Shown here piece after piece: positions 25,419 to 33,068 of a stretch of 33,967 nucleotides of DNA. The stretch is taken from assembly GCA_017609045.1 (NCBI GenBank), contig JAFCES010000001.1, forward strand, positions 1-33,967. Reading direction: 5' to 3'. The DNA comes from Candidatus Pacearchaeota archaeon. GTDB taxonomy: Archaea > Nanobdellota > Nanobdellia > Pacearchaeales > GW2011-AR1. The notes under the pieces were generated by a model. The model was not told the DNA's origin. It did not search any database and saw only the letters and a list, made by a program, of their open reading frames with translations. Both the position numbers and the translations under genes were made by a program. Each line of letters opens with the position of its first letter. Position 1 is the stretch's first letter.

Positions 25419-26888
25419 ATGAGGCTTAAAGTTAAATTTCTAAAACTCTTAGCAGGAAGGCCTGTTGCTATTCTTCACAAGAATTTTGCAGAAAAATCAG
25501 GTATTCATGTGGATGATAGAATTTATATTGAAAAAAAAGGAAAGAAAATTGCTGCTATTGTTGATATAGCTACCGGATTTTTGAAAGAAGGTGAAATAGC
25601 AATCTCAAGCGAAATCGCAAAAACCATAAAATTGAGGGAGAAAGGTATGGTGGATGTAGAGCCAGCTACAAAACCAGAAAGCCTCAACTTTATACATAAA
25701 AAACTAGATTGTAGGAAACTAAGTTTCCAGGAGATAAAACAAATCATTGATGATATAGTTAAAAATATTCTAACAGAGTCTGAGATAGCTTATTTCATCT
25801 CTGGTGTCCATAAATGTGGTATGTCTATGAAAGAAATACAATCCATGACAAAAGCGGTAGTAGATACAGGAAAAAAACTGAACTTAGAAGGAAGAGTAGT
25901 AGATAAACATTCCATAGGAGGAATTCCCGGTAGAACTACTCCAATAATAGTGTCTATTTGTTCCTCTGCTGGCTTGTTAATGCCAAAAACTTCTTCTCGT
26001 GCTATAACAACCCCTTCAGGAACAGCCGATGCTCTTGAAGTTATATGTAAAGTTAACTTTACTATTCCAGAAATTAAAAAAATACTGAAGAAGACTCACG
26101 CCTGTCTAGTATGGGGAGGGTCTCTTAACATTGCTCCGGCAGACGACAAGATAATACAAGTCGAGAGGCTTCTCAATCTCGATCCCGAACCCCAACTTCT
26201 GTCCAGTATCATGGCCAAAAAGTTAGCTGTTAACGCAAAGATTGTTCTAATTGATATTCCTTATGGAAAGAATGCAAAAGTAACAAAAAGAAAAGCAGAA
26301 AGTCTAGAAAGAAAATTCAAGAAGTTGGCGAGATATTTTGGTATAAAACTTGAATGTTCTCTTCAGAAGACAGAAGAACCTCTTTGTAGTGGGATAGGCC
26401 CAGCTTTGGAAATTTCAGATGTGATTAAAGTTTTGAGGAGAGAGGATCCTTGCCATAAACTTGAGGAAAGGGCCTTAGAATTATCTGGAAAACTTCTTGA
26501 GTTGGCAGGAAAAGCAAAGAAAGGAAAGGGGAAACAATTAGCTGAGAAAATTTTGGATTCTGGAGAAGCTTATAAAAAATTCAAGGAAATAGTGAAAGCT
26601 CAAGAAGGAAAAATTAATAACATCAAAAAGCAGAAGGCAAAATATAAACATAACATTAAAGCCGATAAAAAAGGAAAGATTAAAGAAATTAAAATTAAAC
26701 AACTTAATCAATTAGCGAGAATAGCTGGTTGTCCCTTAGATAAATTTGCTGGTTTATACCTTCATAAACATTTAGGGGATAAGGTCAAAAAAGGAGAGAA
26801 TATTTTAACAATCTACTCAGAGAATAAAATTGAGATGAGAGAAGCTATAAAATATTATAGAAAAAATAAACCAATAAAGTTTAAATAA
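25419..26888 (+). CDS. deoA: AMP phosphorylase / thymidine phosphorylase family enzyme (archaeal long form)
   Basis: An N-terminal extra domain of about 85 aa (LKVKFLKLLAGRPVAILHKNFAEK) is followed by the glycosyltransferase family 3 core DKHSIGGIPGRTTPIIV...TSSRAITTPSGTADALE. The length (489 aa) fits archaeal AMP phosphorylases. Confidence 0.8.
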   Translation: MRLKVKFLKLLAGRPVAILHKNFAEKSGIHVDDRIYIEKKGKKIAAIVDIATGFLKEGEIAISSEIAKTIKLREKGMVDVEPATKPESLNFIHKKLDCRKLSFQEIKQIIDDIVKNILTESEIAYFISGVHKCGMSMKEIQSMTKAVVDTGKKLNLEGRVVDKHSIGGIPGRTTPIIVSICSSAGLLMPKTSSRAITTPSGTADALEVICKVNFTIPEIKKILKKTHACLVWGGSLNIAPADDKIIQVERLLNLDPEPQLLSSIMAKKLAVNAKIVLIDIPYGKNAKVTKRKAESLERKFKKLARYFGIKLECSLQKTEEPLCSGIGPALEISDVIKVLRREDPCHKLEERALELSGKLLELAGKAKKGKGKQLAEKILDSGEAYKKFKEIVKAQEGKINNIKKQKAKYKHNIKADKKGKIKEIKIKQLNQLARIAGCPLDKFAGLYLHKHLGDKVKKGENILTIYSENKIEMREAIKYYRKNKPIKFK

Positions 26889-26974
26889 ACTGAGGTATAA
26901 AAAAGAAAAAAGAGGAGGACCATAAAGAGGAAAATGATAGAAAGGAAAATTCCTGAGAATTTGGTTATATTGCA

Positions 26975-28678
26975 ATGTTAGACATATTCATACAACTAAG
27001 CTTACTAATTTTAGTAGCTCTTGTCATTTCTTTCCTTGCAAGAATTTTTAGACAGCCAATAATCATAGCTTACATTTTAACAGGTATTTTAGTTAGTAAC
27101 TTCTTCCTTAAAATTATCTCAGAAAATGAAACTGTTTTGACTTTATCGCAGTTTGGGGTAGCTTTTCTTTTATTTATGGTTGGCTTGCATCTAAATCCAA
27201 AAGTAATAAAAGAAGTGGGCTTTATCTCTTTAGTTGTAGGGATAATTCAAATTATTTTCACTGCTCTTATTAGCTTTTTCCTTGCCTCTTTTCTTGGATT
27301 TTCTTTTATCGCTTCTGTTTATATTGCTCTTGCTTTAACTTTCTCTTCAACAATTATAATCACAAAAATTCTTTCAGATAAACAGGATATAGATAGTTTA
27401 TATGGAAAAATATCTGTTGGAATACTTATCTTGCAAGATATTGTTGTTATTTTTATCCTGATGCTTCTCTCATATTTTTCTGCCGACTTTACCTTAAATA
27501 TTTCTTCTTTCTCAGTTTTTTATGCTGTCCTCGCTTTTGTAGGTTTAATTTTTGCAAGTATCTATATTCTGCCAAGTATTACTAAATTTGTAGCAAGAAA
27601 TCAAGAACTTCTTTTTCTTTTTGCTATCGGTTGGTGTTTTTTTCTGGCTTCCTTATTTTTTAAGCTTGGTTTTAGTATGGAAATTGGAGCCTTACTTGCA
27701 GGTATGTCTCTTTCTGTTTCTCCTTATCATATAGAAATGGCCTCAAAAGTTCGCCCATTAAGAGATTTTTTTATTATAATATTCTTTATTTTGCTTGGTT
27801 TACAAATAAACATAACAGAAATCCAGAATATAATAAAACCAGCACTAATTTTTTCAGGTTTTGTTATTTTGTTTAAGTTTTTAGTCTTAATTATTCCTTT
27901 AGGTTTTGCAGGCTATTCAAAAAGAACAGGTTTTTTCACCGGAGTTTCTTTAGGGCAAATATCTGAGTTTTCTTTTATTCTAGTGGCTTTGGGAGTTTCT
28001 TTAGGGCATATATCTTCACAAATTCTTTCGCTTATCACTTTAACTGGAATTATTACTATAGCCTTTTCCACTTATATGATGATTTATTCAAATAAAATTT
28101 TTCCTCTAATTTCTAAATCACTAAGCATATTTGAAAAAAAGAAAATAAAAGAAAGAGAATTGAAAAGGAAGAAATATGATTTTATCCTTTTTGGATATAA
28201 CCGTATAGGATTTTCTATTCTTAAAAGTTTATCTAAGTTAAAAAGAAATTATCTTGTTGTCGATTTCAATCCAGAAACAGTAAAAAAACTTGCATCTAAA
28301 AAAATAAATTGTGTATATGGTGATGCAGAAGATACAGAGTTTTTACAAGACTTAAGGATAGAAAAAGCTAAACTTGTTATCTCTACCATTCCCGATCCTG
28401 AAATCAACCTTCTCATACTTAATAAAATAAGACAATCTAATGAAAAAAGTATAGTGATATTAACTGCACATCAGATTTCTCATGCTTTAAAATTTTACAA
28501 TCAAGGAACAGACTATGTCATCCTTCCTCACTTTCTCGGCGGACAATATACTTCCAAACTAATAGAAAAATTTAGGACAAGAAAAAAACTTTACGAAAAA
28601 GAAAAAAATAAGCAGATTGAAAATTTGAAAGAAAGATTGGAGGAAGGACACGAACATCCAAGAATAGAGAAACATTAA
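26975..28678 (+). CDS. CPA2 (Kef-type) cation:proton antiporter with a C-terminal RCK/TrkA-N domain
   Basis: The N-terminal membrane domain of about 380 aa is typical of Kef/CPA2 (PIIIAYILTGILVS, GLHLNP, GMSLS). The C-terminal Rossmann-like segment is FILFGYNRIGFSILKSL...VVDFNPE...YGDAEDTEFL. Confidence 0.85.
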   Translation: MLDIFIQLSLLILVALVISFLARIFRQPIIIAYILTGILVSNFFLKIISENETVLTLSQFGVAFLLFMVGLHLNPKVIKEVGFISLVVGIIQIIFTALISFFLASFLGFSFIASVYIALALTFSSTIIITKILSDKQDIDSLYGKISVGILILQDIVVIFILMLLSYFSADFTLNISSFSVFYAVLAFVGLIFASIYILPSITKFVARNQELLFLFAIGWCFFLASLFFKLGFSMEIGALLAGMSLSVSPYHIEMASKVRPLRDFFIIIFFILLGLQINITEIQNIIKPALIFSGFVILFKFLVLIIPLGFAGYSKRTGFFTGVSLGQISEFSFILVALGVSLGHISSQILSLITLTGIITIAFSTYMMIYSNKIFPLISKSLSIFEKKKIKERELKRKKYDFILFGYNRIGFSILKSLSKLKRNYLVVDFNPETVKKLASKKINCVYGDAEDTEFLQDLRIEKAKLVISTIPDPEINLLILNKIRQSNEKSIVILTAHQISHALKFYNQGTDYVILPHFLGGQYTSKLIEKFRTRKKLYEKEKNKQIENLKERLEEGHEHPRIEKH

Positions 28679-28764
28679 AAACTCAACAAATCTTTGTAAT
28701 TAGCTTAAATTTTGTTTCTGCTTGGGACTTTTTTGGGTATGTTAAAGATGTTAATGGAACTGCC

Positions 28765-30816
28765 TTGAATAATTCTCTTATTAATATTACCTTTTGGACT
28801 ATGGGGGGAGGTCCTCCTTCACTTGTTGGTTCTAATTCAACAACTTCAAATGAATTAGGATGGTTTAATATAAGTAATGTCCATCAAAATGCAAGTTATT
28901 TTTATAAGCCAGTTGTAACACATACAAATTCTACAACAAATGCTACTGATTATATTGGGCAATCTCTCCCACATTTTCCGTTTGCAGAATTTAATGGTAC
29001 AACAGATATTAATTTTTATTTAAGGCCTGCAGGAACAATTAATATTACTGCAATTAACAGGAGTGGAGACAGAATTAGCTTTATGTATCAAATTAAAGAT
29101 ACTAAATTAGGTTTTCCTATTGCAGAAAATTTTGGGAGTTATGTTTCAGAAGCAAATATTTATGTTCCAAGAGATAGAAATTATTCAGTTATGATTTATC
29201 CTAATCAAAGTTTGCCTGTTGTTTTTAACTGGAATAATTTTTCTTCAAATGCTTCTTATGAATTTGGCCAAGAATATCCTACTACAAATTTATCAAGCTA
29301 TAATGTGACGACACATACAGTTCATAAACAATTTAATTGTACAGAGAGTTTAATAAGAGTGACAGGATATATTCAAAACTCTTCTGGTGATGATTTTTTA
29401 GATTGGAATGAATTTACAGTTGTTCCATTTTTACTTGAGCCAGGAAATATGGTTTATTTAAGTAATGATGTAGGAATGCCTTATAATATGAGTGCTTGGA
29501 AAAATCCTGCCCAAACTGATGAATATAATTTAACTTCTGGTTGGTATAATATAACTTTGCCAGGACCAGCTGAATCAGCAACTTATATTTTATTTGCAAC
29601 AGCAAGAAATGGAACAAATTATTATGGAAGTTTTAGAAATATAACGTTAAATTATAGCAGCTCATCTACTGAACTTAATTTTACAATGTACCCTTTAATG
29701 TCAACAGATTGGGGGGCAGCAAATAGCAATATTACTTTAAAAAGAGCTACTAATTGGAATTCAATAAATATATCAACAGCAAGACAACAATTTAATTTAG
29801 TTAATGAAACTAATTCAACTTTAGCAAATATTAGTATATATCTTGAAATAACTCTTGATTATTCTGATTATGATTGTATGGAATTCACTTTTACAACTGA
29901 TATTTCTTCTGGAGATGCAAGTTTTTATCTTCCTTTAATAAATGAAACAGGAGTTAAAGAAATAAATGTTTTTGCTATGAGTGGAGCGCAAGGCGGGGAT
30001 GGCGGTGCTTATGCTCCTAAAAGAGTTTCTTTTGATGTTGAAGAAATTCATGAAAATAATAATATTACTTTAAGTGTATGGGAGCCAAGAGCCAGAGAAG
30101 CTGACTTAGGGCAGAATATTTTTATTGAACTTTATCTTTCAAATTCAACTTGTGATGTTCCAAATCCTCCTGATGGATGTGGAATTGGAGCATTTGGCCC
30201 TAACGAGGCTCAGACAAGAGATAATTTTAGTCCTTTATCTGCAATAATTGGTGGTGGAAAAATTAGTTTTAGAATGGGTTATGGAGATATTGAAATTCAT
30301 TATGTAAATGTTGATATGTTAGCTTCTGGACCTCCTGATGTAGCATTTGATAATGCTGCAAATACATCAAGAGGTTCATCAACAGGAAGTGCATTTAGCT
30401 CAGCTTTAAGGTTTGGCTCTATGGGTCCGACAATTTATGATTATGTTTTAGTTTCAATTCCTTACACACAAGGTTCAACAAGCCAAACTGGATTAAATGA
30501 AAATGCGGATGTTAATATGAGTATTCCATTATTTTTTACAGGAGATGATGTAGATGTTCTTATTTGGAATACTGATGAAAATGGAACTGATGCAGCAGCT
30601 TTAGCAGGAAATTATTCTCATTATTCTGCTCATCAATCTGAATGGGGAATTTTAATGAATCAATCAAATTGCACTCGAAGTGTTTCTGAATTTAACTCAA
30701 CAAATCCTTGTTATCTTGATACAAATAATAATCAAATATGGATTAGAATTCCACACTTTGATGGAAATGAGCCAAGTATAAGTGGTACTGTTCTTGCCTC
30801 TGCTCCAAAAATTTAG
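28765..30816 (+). CDS. Sequon-rich putative surface (S-layer/adhesin-like) glycoprotein, with uncertain 5' end and an interrupted 3' end
   Basis: I count 41 N-x-S/T sequons in 683 aa. The beta-rich modules resemble carboxypeptidase-regulatory/Ig-like folds (GYVKDVNGTALNNSLINITF, DINFYLRP, ELNFTMYP). The only canonical start is TTG at 28765, and no signal peptide follows it. Confidence 0.55.
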   Translation: MNNSLINITFWTMGGGPPSLVGSNSTTSNELGWFNISNVHQNASYFYKPVVTHTNSTTNATDYIGQSLPHFPFAEFNGTTDINFYLRPAGTINITAINRSGDRISFMYQIKDTKLGFPIAENFGSYVSEANIYVPRDRNYSVMIYPNQSLPVVFNWNNFSSNASYEFGQEYPTTNLSSYNVTTHTVHKQFNCTESLIRVTGYIQNSSGDDFLDWNEFTVVPFLLEPGNMVYLSNDVGMPYNMSAWKNPAQTDEYNLTSGWYNITLPGPAESATYILFATARNGTNYYGSFRNITLNYSSSSTELNFTMYPLMSTDWGAANSNITLKRATNWNSINISTARQQFNLVNETNSTLANISIYLEITLDYSDYDCMEFTFTTDISSGDASFYLPLINETGVKEINVFAMSGAQGGDGGAYAPKRVSFDVEEIHENNNITLSVWEPRAREADLGQNIFIELYLSNSTCDVPNPPDGCGIGAFGPNEAQTRDNFSPLSAIIGGGKISFRMGYGDIEIHYVNVDMLASGPPDVAFDNAANTSRGSSTGSAFSSALRFGSMGPTIYDYVLVSIPYTQGSTSQTGLNENADVNMSIPLFFTGDDVDVLIWNTDENGTDAAALAGNYSHYSAHQSEWGILMNQSNCTRSVSEFNSTNPCYLDTNNNQIWIRIPHFDGNEPSISGTVLASAPKI

Positions 30817-30908
30817 ATGAGAAAGAGCCTTTAACAAAGGAGTTTGCCATAAAATATAGAGTAAGAATAAAAATTAATAATAAAATCCATTATGTAGGTG
30901 TAGTAGAT

Positions 30909-31250
30909 TTGACAGAAACAACAGCAACAATAAATGTAACAAGTGAGCCACAACAAGCTACTTTAACAATAGGACAGGAAAAGAAATTTGAAGTTACAAA
31001 TGATACCTATTATGATTTAAGTGTCAAGTTAAATGGCATAAAAAATAACAAGGCAAATATAACAATTCAGGCAATACAACAAGAGATTTTACCAGAAGAA
31101 AAGCCAATCAAGGAGAAAGAAAAAATTGTGAAAAAGGCGGAAGAAAAAATAAAAGATATATTAAGCAAATGGTTCTGGGTGATAATTGTAGCAGTATTGA
31201 TAATAATAGCTTATATTATTTACATGAAGAAATTCAAGGAAAATTTATAA
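30909..31250 (+). CDS. C-terminal membrane-anchor module, probably the detached 3' part of the upstream glycoprotein gene
   Basis: TTG start only. It has 3 more sequons, a beta-rich domain (ATLTIGQEKKFEVTNDTYYDLSVKLNGI), a charged linker, one TM helix (WFWVIIVAVLIIIAYIIY) and a basic tail KKFKENL. Its frame stays open upstream to 30771, overlapping the end of the 683-aa ORF. Confidence 0.5.
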   Translation: MTETTATINVTSEPQQATLTIGQEKKFEVTNDTYYDLSVKLNGIKNNKANITIQAIQQEILPEEKPIKEKEKIVKKAEEKIKDILSKWFWVIIVAVLIIIAYIIYMKKFKENL

Positions 31251-31295
31251 ATATTGGTTTCTTTTTATCTAAAGTGGAGGTATATAGAGATAAAT

Positions 31296-31595
31296 ATGAT
31301 GGAAAGTTATATTGAACAGCTTGTGGATTATTTTAAGAAAAATCTTGCTAAGGGCTATACTATAGAGAGTTTAAAGTGGGCTCTGATTAATCAGGGTTAT
31401 TCAAGAACAGAGGTCGAAAGAGCAATAAAATTAACTAATGAGGAGCTGGCTAGAGAAGCTCCAAAGCTAAAGGAAAAGCCAATCATAAAAGTAGAAAGAG
31501 AACCTCTATTACAAGAAATAGAACCAGAAAAGCCAAGTTTTTCTGATAAAATTAAATATTTCTTCAGAGGTTTAAGAGAAATTTTCAGAAGCTGA
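31296..31595 (+). CDS. Hypothetical small charged protein
   Basis: The ORF-track entry starts at TTG 31254. I prefer the ATG at 31296 (MMESYIEQLVDYFKK...), with a GGAGG at 31276-31280. A helical segment KGYTIESLKWALINQGYSRTEVERAIK is followed by a K/E/P-rich tail. No family is recognised. Confidence 0.4.
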   Translation: MMESYIEQLVDYFKKNLAKGYTIESLKWALINQGYSRTEVERAIKLTNEELAREAPKLKEKPIIKVEREPLLQEIEPEKPSFSDKIKYFFRGLREIFRS

Positions 31596-31603
31596 TTTTT
31601 AAA

Positions 31604-31740
31604 CGCCGCTGCCCGGAATCGAACCGGGATGCCCCGAAGGGCCCAGGTTGCTTGTTCTGACACCACCAAAGGAGATGGTGCGGAAGAACCTTGGTTCTTC
31701 TGCTCTCAAGCCTGGTGCAATACCATTATGCGACAGCGGC
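31604..31740 (-). tRNA. tRNA-Ser(UGA) with a 56-nt intron at the canonical 37/38 position (intron 31649-31704)
   Basis: - Hand fold of the minus strand gives an acceptor stem GCCGCTG/CAGCGGC with discriminator G.
- U8 and A14 are present, with GG in the D loop.
- The anticodon stem is CCAGG/CCTGG, and the spliced loop is CTTGAGA (anticodon TGA).
- A long variable arm GCCC-TTCG-GGGC marks a class II tRNA.
- The T arm is CCCGG-TTCGATT-CCGGG. No CCA is encoded.
- The splice sites sit in two 3-nt bulges (AG|A and CA|A) around a 4-bp helix CTTG/CAAG, which is bulge-helix-bulge-like. Confidence 0.85.
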
Positions 31741-31763
31741 TTGAATATACAAGAAAATAGACT

Positions 31764-31772
31764 CTTTTAAAT
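31764..31772 (-). promoter_or_regulatory. Candidate TATA box for the tRNA-Ser gene
   Basis: On the minus strand the sequence reads ATTTAAAAG. It is centred about 28 nt upstream of the tRNA 5' end (31740), the normal archaeal TATA-to-TSS spacing. Confidence 0.4.
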
Positions 31773-31834
31773 CTTACATTTAGAGATAGAACTAACTACT
31801 TGAGAAGGCTGGTCTTTATAAATAAAATAAAAAT

Positions 31835-32122
31835 TTAACCAAATAAACTTGACAAGCCTTCTGCCGCCTCACTAGGTTTTTCTTCTTCTTCTTTCTCTTC
31901 CTTTTCTCCTTTTTCTTCTTCAGCTACAGTGGTTGGTGCAGCAGCCAAAGTAGCAGTTTCTAATTCTTTAGCTATATCCACATCTCTTAAACTAGCCACT
32001 AACACTTTCACTTTAGCTTCATCTACTGGCTTTCCAGTTGCTTCTATCACTTTTTTCAAATTTTCTTCACTTACTGGTTGTCCTAACTTATGAAGTAATA
32101 GAGCAGCGTACGTGTATTCCAT
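31835..32122 (-). CDS. rpl12: 50S ribosomal stalk protein P1 (archaeal L12)
   Basis: MEYTYAALLLHKLGQPVSEENLKKVIEATG, followed by an acidic linker and the conserved tail AAEGLSSLFG. Confidence 0.9.
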   Translation of the reverse strand: MEYTYAALLLHKLGQPVSEENLKKVIEATGKPVDEAKVKVLVASLRDVDIAKELETATLAAAPTTVAEEEKGEKEEKEEEEKPSEAAEGLSSLFG

Positions 32123-33067
32123 TTATTTTTCCTCCTGTTCTGATTTATTTTCTTGTTTAGTTTGTTGAGTATTTTCTTTATCTTTTTTTAATTTCTTGTC
32201 TGTTTCCTCTTCTGGTTTCTTCTCTTCTTTGCTCTCCTTCTCTGACTTTCCTTTATCTTTATCTTTCCACCCGACAGCTTTTTTTACAATCTGCTCTAAT
32301 TTTTTTTCCTCTCCTGATGCTTTCCTCAATATAAAACTGATTGTCTCTTTACAAACATATCCTATTTTTACAGCTAAGGCCAAGGCTTTTCCTGCAGCAG
32401 ATCTCAACTCCTCTACAGCTTTCTCCTCGTCTACCTTTATATCTTCATAAATCTTATCTTCTTCTGAATCATATGCCACTATTGGCTCTAAACCCACAGA
32501 AATTGGCTTCATATCAAGTTTTGACATTATACTTGCTGCCTCTTCCCCAACCTGTTCTCCTGTCTTAATAATAACCTTCCTCTCTTTGATCTCTATTTTT
32601 CCATCTTTAATCACAAATTTAATTCCTAAACCTCCCAGCTCTGAAATTACTGGACCCGGAGTGAGTTCTGTAGGTCCGGACTCAATAACAATATCTTCCT
32701 CTACTACCTGTCCTGCTTTAGCTCTGGCTTTGGTTTTATTTTTAGCGAGTATAGCAGATAGCTCAAAGGGGGTAAGCTTAGAGAAAATCAAAGCCTGACT
32801 CTCATCTAAATATTTTTTGAAGTTTTTGATTGTCCCTTTTTCTATCTTATCAATAGCCCTGTTTATTATGTTTTTCTTGACTACTCTTATAATGGCTTTA
32901 TCCTTCAACTTTTTTTTAATTAATTGAAACTGACTTGTTGGAAGATTCTTGATAGAGACAATAACAATAGAATTATTCTTCTTTATTAAATCTGCAAGTT
33001 CCTCTACTTCTTTCTTCTTTTTCTCTGGAACTTCTTTTTCTCTAACTTTTTCATTTTTTTCTTTCAT
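32123..33067 (-). CDS. rpl10: 50S ribosomal stalk protein P0 (uL10)
   Basis: L10/P0 core (IVIVSIKNLPTSQFQLIKKKLKDKAIIRVVKKN...). It lies between rpl1 and the P1 gene. It has K/E-rich N- and C-termini and ends ...NKSEQEEK without an LFG-type tail. Confidence 0.9.
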   Translation of the reverse strand: MKEKNEKVREKEVPEKKKKEVEELADLIKKNNSIVIVSIKNLPTSQFQLIKKKLKDKAIIRVVKKNIINRAIDKIEKGTIKNFKKYLDESQALIFSKLTPFELSAILAKNKTKARAKAGQVVEEDIVIESGPTELTPGPVISELGGLGIKFVIKDGKIEIKERKVIIKTGEQVGEEAASIMSKLDMKPISVGLEPIVAYDSEEDKIYEDIKVDEEKAVEELRSAAGKALALAVKIGYVCKETISFILRKASGEEKKLEQIVKKAVGWKDKDKGKSEKESKEEKKPEEETDKKLKKDKENTQQTKQENKSEQEEK

Positions 33068-33068
33068 T

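Noticed and set aside
24616-29617. Short minus-strand ORFs inside the AI-2E (24616-24849), AMP phosphorylase (25523-25747) and glycoprotein (29414-29617) genes.
   Set aside because: Each is nested antisense within a longer, motif-supported gene, and none has a recognisable feature.
30805-30816. A canonical -1 programmed frameshift heptamer at the glycoprotein/anchor junction.
   Set aside because: CCA AAA ATT does not fit X XXY YYZ. Only the P-site Lys codon can re-pair after a -1 slip, so an indel or sequencing error in the A5 run is at least as likely. It is reported as an open question, not as PRF.
31397-31669. A 90-aa minus-strand ORF overlapping the 3' half of the tRNA and the small plus-strand gene.
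   Set aside because: It runs through the tRNA-Ser gene and is antisense to a better-supported ORF, so it is most likely spurious.
31649-31704. Possible C/D-box guide RNA or small ORF inside the tRNA-Ser intron.
   Set aside because: No RUGAUGA C box or correctly placed CUGA D box is present, and there is no start-to-stop ORF. Only two hairpins are visible.
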